Shown here: in pieces, positions 57,666 through 64,000 of the stretch
Position numbering within the stretch: position 1 is the stretch's first letter
Layout: every line of letters begins with the position of its first letter
Source of the DNA: Bacillota bacterium
GTDB taxonomy: Bacteria > Bacillota > Desulfotomaculia > Desulfotomaculales > Nap2-2B
DNA length: 64,000 bases
Direction: 5' to 3'
NCBI GenBank assembly: GCA_040755975.1
Contig: JBFLZY010000001.1
Coordinates: 25,398-89,397 of the forward strand
Translations under genes and position numbers: made by a program
The notes under the pieces: model-generated
The model's database searches: none
What the model was told of the DNA's origin: nothing
What the model saw: only the letters and a program-made list of their open reading frames with translations

Positions 57666-59039
57666 ATGGCGAAGTACACTTCTATGGCTTACAATAGCGC
57701 CGACGAAATGGTTTTCGGAACGGCCAAATACCCGGTCAAATACGGGCGCGATTTTGTAGTGGGAGGCGGTTTCGTTTATCCGGAGCTGGTTCCCCACCCC
57801 CGCCCGGGTTCCGAAGAATCTAAAAAAAGCCTGGTTCGGGAGTACGAAAAGATGGTCAACGACGTCTTGGAGCGGTGCGTTCAATTAGGTTTTCCCGGAA
57901 TCCAGGTGGAACTGGAACATGTTTACCAGATGACCAGGCATCCGGACTGGGGCGGGGAAATTGCCGCCACGGCCAGGCGCCTCATGGAAGATTATCACAA
58001 TAAATATGGCCTTAAAAGCGCGATCAGGGCAACGATTGCCGATTACCGTAAACCGGATGAGGAAAACATCCGGGACAGCGACGCCCTGAAAAATATCCTG
58101 ACTACCTTCGAAGCGAGCGCCGCGGCCGGAGCGGATAATCTCTCGATCGAATCGATGGGCGGGAAAGAAATCACCGACTACGCAATCGTTCGCCAGGACA
58201 TCCGGGGTGTTCTCTTCGGCATCGGGGTATTAGGTAGCCGCGACGTAGAATTTCTTTGGAAGAAAATTGTCGAAATTGCCAATAAATATGGAGCCACCCC
58301 CGGCGGAGAAACCGACTGTGCCCAGGCAAACGTAGCCATGTTTATGGCCGGCGGATACCTGGATAAGTCTGTCCCGCATACTTTTGCCGCCATTTGCCGG
58401 GCCATCGCCGCTGCCCGCACGCTGGCGGCATACGAGCAGGGAGCCAAAGGGCCGACGAAGGATTGCGGGTACGAAGATCCGATTATTAAAGCAATCACCG
58501 GGATCCCGATCGCCATGGAGGGCAAAACCTGTGCCTGTGCCCACGCCGATTTATTGGGCAACCTGGTAGCCGCCGTCTGTGACCTCTGGAGCAACGAGGC
58601 CGTGGAGTATCACGACATGTTCGGCGGAACTACGGCAGCGGTATTCACGGAAATTTTGGGCTACGACGTCGCCTTAATGAATACAGCAATTAAGATGGGC
58701 AAGGCGAAAGATTTGCGGGATATGCTGATTAATTCGGACAAGTATCGGGACACGCACGGATTTATCCTTTCGCCGGACAATGCCTACGAGATCGGCAAAG
58801 CCATTGTCAGCAACGCCGAATCTTACTACAGCCGCGCCCGGGCAGCGGCAATCAAGGCAGCCGAATTAATGCGGGGAGACGCCAGGTTGCTTCTGTCCGA
58901 TTTTGAAAAAGAAGTTCTCGAGTCTACCTATAATACGCTCTTGTCCCTGCCCGATCAAGAAGAAGATTTTCTTGCCGAATGCATTCCAATTTATCAAAAG
59001 AGTGTGCGCGGCTTCAAACCTGCCAATTACGGCTTATAA
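57666..59039 (+). CDS. mtaB: methanol:corrinoid methyltransferase MtaB
   Basis: Aligns end to end with my recollection of Methanosarcina MtaB (KYTSMAY..., SIESMGGKE, GDTDCAQAN, KDCGYE, CAH.D, WSNE.VEYH, F.P.NYG); ATG 57666 with AAGGAGG RBS. Confidence 0.9.
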   Translation: MAKYTSMAYNSADEMVFGTAKYPVKYGRDFVVGGGFVYPELVPHPRPGSEESKKSLVREYEKMVNDVLERCVQLGFPGIQVELEHVYQMTRHPDWGGEIAATARRLMEDYHNKYGLKSAIRATIADYRKPDEENIRDSDALKNILTTFEASAAAGADNLSIESMGGKEITDYAIVRQDIRGVLFGIGVLGSRDVEFLWKKIVEIANKYGATPGGETDCAQANVAMFMAGGYLDKSVPHTFAAICRAIAAARTLAAYEQGAKGPTKDCGYEDPIIKAITGIPIAMEGKTCACAHADLLGNLVAAVCDLWSNEAVEYHDMFGGTTAAVFTEILGYDVALMNTAIKMGKAKDLRDMLINSDKYRDTHGFILSPDNAYEIGKAIVSNAESYYSRARAAAIKAAELMRGDARLLLSDFEKEVLESTYNTLLSLPDQEEDFLAECIPIYQKSVRGFKPANYGL

Positions 59040-59073
59040 ATTTACTAAATAAATACTTGGGAGGGAATGGTAA

Positions 59074-59817
59074 ATGTACTTCCTCGACGATTACTCCGGC
59101 ATTTTTGTTCGCTACGACTTAAAGCGCGAACGGGGGGAGGCCAAGGCCGTAGCCGCAGAAGATGAAGTTATGCAAAAGGTTATGCAATGCGTTGTGGAAG
59201 GCGATACGGATAACATCGGCACAGTGGTCAGAACGGCCTTAGAAACCAAAGATCCCATGGATGTTATCAATGCCCTCGTCAAGGGCATGAATGAAGTCAG
59301 CCGGCTTTGGGACGAAGGGGTGTATTATTTGCCGCAGACAATTATTTCCTCCGATGCCATGCTGGAGGGCATCGAAATTTGCGAAGAAAAGATGGGCAAG
59401 GCTTTGGAGAAGAAAGGCGTGATCATCACGCACACAGCCGAAGGCGACATCCACGACTTAGGGCAAAAAATTGTCAATGCCCTCCTCCGGGCCAACGGCT
59501 ATCAGGTAATCGACCTGGGGAAGGACGTGCCCGTCGACGACGTTGTTGCCGCCGTAAAACAATATAAACCGGCCATGGTTACCGGAACCGCCCTGATGAC
59601 CACCACCATGACCGCCTTTGAACGGATCTCCAAACGCCTGACCCGGGAGGGAGTAAACCTGCCTTTCGTCTGCGGCGGTGGAGCCGTTTCAGAAGAATAC
59701 GTCACCAGCTACGATCTGGGCATTTGGGGGAAGGACGCTTCCCAGGCGCCGCTGATGGCGGCAGACGCTGTATCGGGCAAAGACTGGCGGCAAATGCGCG
59801 AAAAATGGAACGGTTAA
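59074..59817 (+). CDS. mtaC: methanol corrinoid protein MtaC
   Basis: GDIHDLGQKIV (DxHxxG), ALMTTT motif, position after mtaB. Confidence 0.9.
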   Translation: MYFLDDYSGIFVRYDLKRERGEAKAVAAEDEVMQKVMQCVVEGDTDNIGTVVRTALETKDPMDVINALVKGMNEVSRLWDEGVYYLPQTIISSDAMLEGIEICEEKMGKALEKKGVIITHTAEGDIHDLGQKIVNALLRANGYQVIDLGKDVPVDDVVAAVKQYKPAMVTGTALMTTTMTAFERISKRLTREGVNLPFVCGGGAVSEEYVTSYDLGIWGKDASQAPLMAADAVSGKDWRQMREKWNG

Positions 59818-59828
59818 GGTGAGCGCCA

Positions 59829-60776
59829 TTGCTTGTTGATCTCGTCAACGGTTTCCTGGGCAGCGGCAAAACTACCTTTATTCAGAATCTGGTCAAGCAA
59901 CTTGTTCCTTTAGAGCGGATCGTCATCCTGGTTAATGAATTTGGCGACGTGGGCATTGACGGGGTCCTGTTGGCCCAGGACGATCTGGATGTCGTGGAAT
60001 TGGCCAGCGGGTGTATCTGCTGTAGCCTGGCCCCCGATTTAGGCCGGCAGCTCTTCGATATCGCTGCCAAAGTTAAACCCGACCGGGTGATTATCGAGCC
60101 AACGGGCGTAGCCACTATCCAGGGACTGCTCTCCGTAGCCGGCAGCTTGCGTTTGGAAAAATACGTGGAAGCGATCAAAGTAATCCTTTTAATTGACGGA
60201 GCTGAATTTAAAGATTTCCACGCCGGTTGCCAGACGTTTGTGGAATCCCAAATTTCCCTGGCCGATCTCGTAATCATTAACAAGTGTGATCTGATTCCGC
60301 CCGCGGCTGTCCAGGAAATCCGGAAAACGATCGCAACAATTAACCAGCGGGCGACTGTTTTAGCTACGGAGTTTGGACAGGTCACCCTGGAGCAAATGGG
60401 TACCCCGCCTACTCCAGGTGATCTGGATAATGGTGGCGGCGGCAAATGTCTCCGCCACCATCACCATCATGACCATTTGGAGAAAAACATTCCTGCCTAC
60501 CAGACTTTTTCGCGAGAATACGACGGGATATTCAATTTAAACAATCTGAAGACTTTTTTTGATCGTCTCGGCAGCCGATCAAAAGGTGAAATTGCTCGCG
60601 CCAAAGGGATCTTCCGTTGCCCGGAGGGCTGGCATAGGATCGATTTCGTACCGGCAACCGGGGTCGTGGTAACCCCGCTGGCGGATAGTTTTGAACAAAG
60701 TCGGGTATTAATTATCGGCCTGGATTTAAATCACTTAAAGTTAGTCGAGAATTTACAAAAGTGCCTGCTGTACTAG
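59829..60776 (+). CDS. CobW/COG0523 G3E GTPase with His-rich insert
   Basis: GFLGSGKTTF P-loop, CICC motif, HHHHHDH stretch. Confidence 0.8.
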   Translation: MLVDLVNGFLGSGKTTFIQNLVKQLVPLERIVILVNEFGDVGIDGVLLAQDDLDVVELASGCICCSLAPDLGRQLFDIAAKVKPDRVIIEPTGVATIQGLLSVAGSLRLEKYVEAIKVILLIDGAEFKDFHAGCQTFVESQISLADLVIINKCDLIPPAAVQEIRKTIATINQRATVLATEFGQVTLEQMGTPPTPGDLDNGGGGKCLRHHHHHDHLEKNIPAYQTFSREYDGIFNLNNLKTFFDRLGSRSKGEIARAKGIFRCPEGWHRIDFVPATGVVVTPLADSFEQSRVLIIGLDLNHLKLVENLQKCLLY

Positions 60777-60789
60777 ACCGGGAAAACGG

Positions 60790-62421
60790 GTGAAGAGAAA
60801 GGTGCGTTACGGTATCGCTTTAGATCTCGGGACCAGCGGTTTTCGGGGGCAAGCCATGGATTTGAGCAACAATGAGATACTCGCTACGGTCATTACCTCT
60901 CGCCACCCAATACCCGGGGCAAATGTAATGGATCACCTTAATTTTGCCGTTGATTTTGGTCTTGATCTTGCTCATAACCTGGTGATCGCGGCCGTTAATC
61001 AAATTATCCATCAACTGGGGGTTCCTTTCGAGAAAGTAGCCAGACTGGCCGTTTGCGGGAACCCCATTCAGTTGTCTATTTTCGAAGAAATCGAAATCCG
61101 CGACCTGGCTTACGCCGGCGAACGCAAAAAAAGGGCGCTCGGCGTTATTCCGCCGAATCGCGATAGCAAGATCCTTTCTGCAGACAGAATTCGTGGTTTA
61201 GCTTTGCCAGCGCAAGCGGAGGTATACATCCCGCCGGCGGTTAGACACGAAATCGGCGCGGATGCCCTGGCGATGATGATTTTGTCTGGTCTGCTGGCAA
61301 AACCGGAAACTGCCCTGGTAACCGACTACGGGACAAATGCTGAAATGGCTTTAAAAGTGGGCGATGAAATTTTCACGGGCTCCTGTGCCGCCGGACCGGC
61401 CTTAGAAGGACAACACATAACCAACGGAATGCTGGCGGCGCCGGGAGCAATTGCCGATCTGCGCGCCGAGGGGGCCGGCTACCGGTTATATATTCTTGAT
61501 CAAAATTTAATTGCCCAAACAGGTGATTTAATTGATCCTGCCCGGGGCGCCGTACTGGAGAAGGGCCCTTTAAAGGCGGCAGGAATCACCGGGACAGGGG
61601 TAATCGCGTTAATTTACGAGGGAATCAAAGCTAACCTGATTCGTCTGCCCGAAATTAAAGTCAGCAATGGTCTCGATTTAACAAACGGGATTAGATTCAG
61701 CAAAGGCGATTTAGGAGAAGCAGGGAAGGCCATCGGTGCCTTGCGCGCCGGGTACCTGACGCTGGCCAAAGAAGCAGGGATTGCGCTTGCCGAAATCGAG
61801 TGCGCTTACATGGCGGGAGCTTCCGGAACTTACGTGGACGCTTTTAAAGCCTACCAGATTGGCATGGTTCCCCCGGCAGTGAAAAAGATTTACCAAATTG
61901 GCAATACTTCTCTGGCCTTGGCCCGCCAGCTCCTTAAGCGCCCCGAATTACTGGGCGAGTTGCAAGATCTGGCGAAGAAATTGAGAGCCCGGCATTGTAT
62001 GTTTGGAATGTCCAAAGATTTTGCCAACGCCTATTTATTAGAGTTATCCTTTTGGGGAGAAGGGATGCCCTGGCAACAATACCGGAAGCTCGGGCGAACT
62101 TTTAAACTCCCGGATTTACCTTTGCCGGAAGGAAACCCCGAGATTCACAGGATAGTAACACGGGATATAGACGTCTTAGGAAAGCGCGGTCTGCAGGTAA
62201 TTGAGCAGGTAGGAGACATGTACCACACGTCTTTCGCCGGCTGTCTGGATTGCGGATTGTGCATTTCAGAATGCCCCGAAAAGGCCCTGGAATTAAAAGA
62301 AGGTAACGGAAGTCGAAGCGTGTTTAGCTTAAGGGTCGACCGATGCAACGGCACGGCCTGTTTGCGCTGCGAACGGGTTTGCCCAGAAAAAGCTTTTTCC
62401 CTCAAAAAATTCATGGCGTGA
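60790..62421 (+). CDS. RamA-type corrinoid reductive activase (ASKHA plus C-terminal 2x[4Fe-4S])
   Basis: ALDLGTSGF ASKHA start; C-terminal CLDCGLCISECP ... CLRCERVCP. Confidence 0.8.
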   Translation: MKRKVRYGIALDLGTSGFRGQAMDLSNNEILATVITSRHPIPGANVMDHLNFAVDFGLDLAHNLVIAAVNQIIHQLGVPFEKVARLAVCGNPIQLSIFEEIEIRDLAYAGERKKRALGVIPPNRDSKILSADRIRGLALPAQAEVYIPPAVRHEIGADALAMMILSGLLAKPETALVTDYGTNAEMALKVGDEIFTGSCAAGPALEGQHITNGMLAAPGAIADLRAEGAGYRLYILDQNLIAQTGDLIDPARGAVLEKGPLKAAGITGTGVIALIYEGIKANLIRLPEIKVSNGLDLTNGIRFSKGDLGEAGKAIGALRAGYLTLAKEAGIALAEIECAYMAGASGTYVDAFKAYQIGMVPPAVKKIYQIGNTSLALARQLLKRPELLGELQDLAKKLRARHCMFGMSKDFANAYLLELSFWGEGMPWQQYRKLGRTFKLPDLPLPEGNPEIHRIVTRDIDVLGKRGLQVIEQVGDMYHTSFAGCLDCGLCISECPEKALELKEGNGSRSVFSLRVDRCNGTACLRCERVCPEKAFSLKKFMA

Positions 62422-62483
62422 AATCGTCGCCAGCAACTTTAGATCTTCAGTTTTTTCTTAAAAACCAGGGGTGTGGATAAAGC

Positions 62484-63560
62484 ATGCTTGCTAAGGAACG
62501 TATTTTGGGGCTGTTCGAAGGCAAGCCCGTTGACCGGGTGGCCTGTTTCAGCGGAACGGGCACAGTCTGGGGACAGGCGCTCAAAGAATATGGCTATACT
62601 TTTGCCGAAGTCCACGGATCAGCTGAGCAATTAGCCCGGGTGGCTGCGTTCCCCGCCCAGGCATACGGCTACGAATGCGCCGTCGTTCCCTTTGACTTAT
62701 GTACAGAAGCAGAGGTTCTTGGCTGCGCGACTAATTTTTACCCGCACCAAACGCGACCGCTCTACCCCAAGGTTGTCCGGCAGGTTATTTGTTCAGAAAA
62801 CGATTTGTTGCATCTGTCAATCCCCGAAAAGGTGGCCAATCTTGGCCGGGTTCCCGTGGTTACCGAAGCCATCCAGCGGTTAAAAGATCTGGTTGGTCAC
62901 AAAGTGCCGGTCGGCTCCCACGTTTTAGGCCCCTATACCCTGGCCGGGCAGGTTATGGATCTAAATTCGCTGCTGCGGCTGACCATCCGGAAGCCGGAAA
63001 AAGTGCTGGATTTACTCGCCAGACTTACCGAACTAATTAACCAGATATGCATTTGTTATGTTGAGGCCGGCGTAGATTACCTGACCGTGCGCGAAATGGG
63101 AGCCACAACCGATATTTTGCCGCCCCAAATTTTCACCAAATTGATCAAGCCGCACTTAAAAAATATATTCGAAAATATACAGGCACCGAAAATCTTACAT
63201 ATCTGCGGCGGCTCGCTTCCGATTATCTCTGAAATGTTGGCCTGCGGAGCAAGCGCCATCAGTATTGAAAATAAAAATGCGCTGGCCCAAACAAGAGCCC
63301 GCGCCGGCTCAGAACCCTTGATTTTCGGTAACCTTGACGGGTATGGAGTCATCGTTGACGGGACTCCCGATGAGGTGGGGGCGGCAGTAATCCGGTGTTT
63401 GGAAGAAGGTTCGGACGGCATCTGGCCGAGTTGCGAAATCTCCCTTGCCGCCCCAAAGAATAATCTGGCAGCCATGATTGAGGCAACGAAAAATTACGGT
63501 GGTAAGCTGTGGTTCCGGAAAAACTTTTGTACGAAAAATAAATTAGGAGCAAAAAAATGA
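62484..63560 (+). CDS. mtaA: MtaA/URO-D-family methyltransferase, paralogue 4
   Basis: ERILGLFEGKPVDR, ILHICGG, WPSC motifs. Confidence 0.8.
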   Translation: MLAKERILGLFEGKPVDRVACFSGTGTVWGQALKEYGYTFAEVHGSAEQLARVAAFPAQAYGYECAVVPFDLCTEAEVLGCATNFYPHQTRPLYPKVVRQVICSENDLLHLSIPEKVANLGRVPVVTEAIQRLKDLVGHKVPVGSHVLGPYTLAGQVMDLNSLLRLTIRKPEKVLDLLARLTELINQICICYVEAGVDYLTVREMGATTDILPPQIFTKLIKPHLKNIFENIQAPKILHICGGSLPIISEMLACGASAISIENKNALAQTRARAGSEPLIFGNLDGYGVIVDGTPDEVGAAVIRCLEEGSDGIWPSCEISLAAPKNNLAAMIEATKNYGGKLWFRKNFCTKNKLGAKK

Positions 63561-63637
63561 GCCTGGGTCAAAAGATCCGTGACTTTCGCAAAGAGCGGGG
63601 CGTAACCCTGGGCAAACTGGCAGAACAGGGATTTTGA
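63557..63637 (+). pseudogene. Truncated 5' fragment (26 codons) of a triple-HTH XRE regulator
   Basis: MSLGQKIRDFRKERGVTLGKLAEQ matches MGLGQKIRDFRKERGITLSKLAEQ of 48935..49705; ATGA-coupled to the mtaA stop; ends at TGA 63635-63637. Confidence 0.6.
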
Positions 63638-64000
63638 TTCAAACGAGCCCCTTTTTGGGTTTCCTCCGTCCGGTATTTACAATCTACCATTGATACAGGC
63701 TGCTCCAGGGGCAAAAAACTGACCTGCATCTTATTTTTAAAGCGCGTTAAAATTTTGATCATCCCCGGCCCCAGGAGAACGTAAAAAAGGGCGTTGCCGG
63801 CGGCGTGGAAGGTGTCCAGCCAGAAGCTGGCGGCGTAGGTGGCCAGGAAAGATTGCCAGTTGAGAGGGTGGATAAAGGCCGTCCAAAACCATATATTCAT
63901 AATCCAACCGAAAAGGTAGCCCCAGATAAAACTAAATACAGTCATGGCTTTATTGTCAATACCGGGAAAAATGGTTTTCATCAACCCGGCACAAATGCCG
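63568..64000 (-). CDS. multi-TM membrane protein, partial (ECF S-component-like); C-terminal ~45 codons are probably a fortuitous read-through
   Basis: Hydrophobic Trp/Phe-rich helices; N-terminus lies beyond the window; 3' end overlaps the regulator fragment. Confidence 0.45.
   Translation of the reverse strand, partial: GICAGLMKTIFPGIDNKAMTVFSFIWGYLFGWIMNIWFWTAFIHPLNWQSFLATYAASFWLDTFHAAGNALFYVLLGPGMIKILTRFKNKMQVSFLPLEQPVSMVDCKYRTEETQKGARLNQNPCSASLPRVTPRSLRKSRIF

Overview
This 64-kb window comes from a G+C-rich, anaerobic Firmicute-type genome. Gene order and content resemble Peptococcaceae/Desulfotomaculum-like organisms, but that is inference only. It has three blocks. (1) 1 to about 25.9 kb is the right-hand part of a prophage, with nearly all genes on the + strand: early genes including a GemA-like gene, a lysis cassette, a terminase/portal/capsid head module, a PBSX/Mu-style contractile-tail module, a small accessory region and a tyrosine integrase next to pyrG. 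(2) 26-40 kb holds housekeeping genes on the - strand: pyrG, argS, an alaR/alaT-like Lrp regulator plus aminotransferase behind a T-box, lysS, greA, an AAR-like oxidoreductase, dusB, coaX, bioY, birA and a PduO-type adenosyltransferase. (3) 40-64 kb is a corrinoid-dependent methyltransferase island. It contains four MtaA/URO-D-family paralogues, MtaB, three corrinoid proteins, an MtrH-like protein, two reductive activators, two CobW-type GTPases, two triple-HTH XRE regulators plus one truncated copy, and a VapBC pair. The most interesting signal is a - strand operon at 49.9-55.9 kb. It links an MtaA-like enzyme to an array of eight small thioredoxin-fold genes, a TSCPD-metallophosphoesterase fusion and a CobW GTPase. 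Three genes in this operon carry an in-frame TGA exactly where paralogues in the same window have a conserved Cys, and each TGA is followed by a hairpin. These look like unannotated selenoproteins, including one at the Zn-ligand Cys of the MtaA-like enzyme. Other notable items: a 2x[4Fe-4S] ferredoxin between the phage sheath and tube genes; a 360-bp non-coding island densely packed with GTTACC/GGTAAC motifs in the phage late operon; an antisense membrane-protein moron; a possible Acb2/Tad1-like small protein; a chimeric mtaA'-'mtrH relic; and an orphan promoter-structured RNA-terminator unit between greA and lysS. No rRNA, tRNA or CRISPR array was seen. All family assignments come from motif recognition by eye and need HMM or BLAST confirmation.
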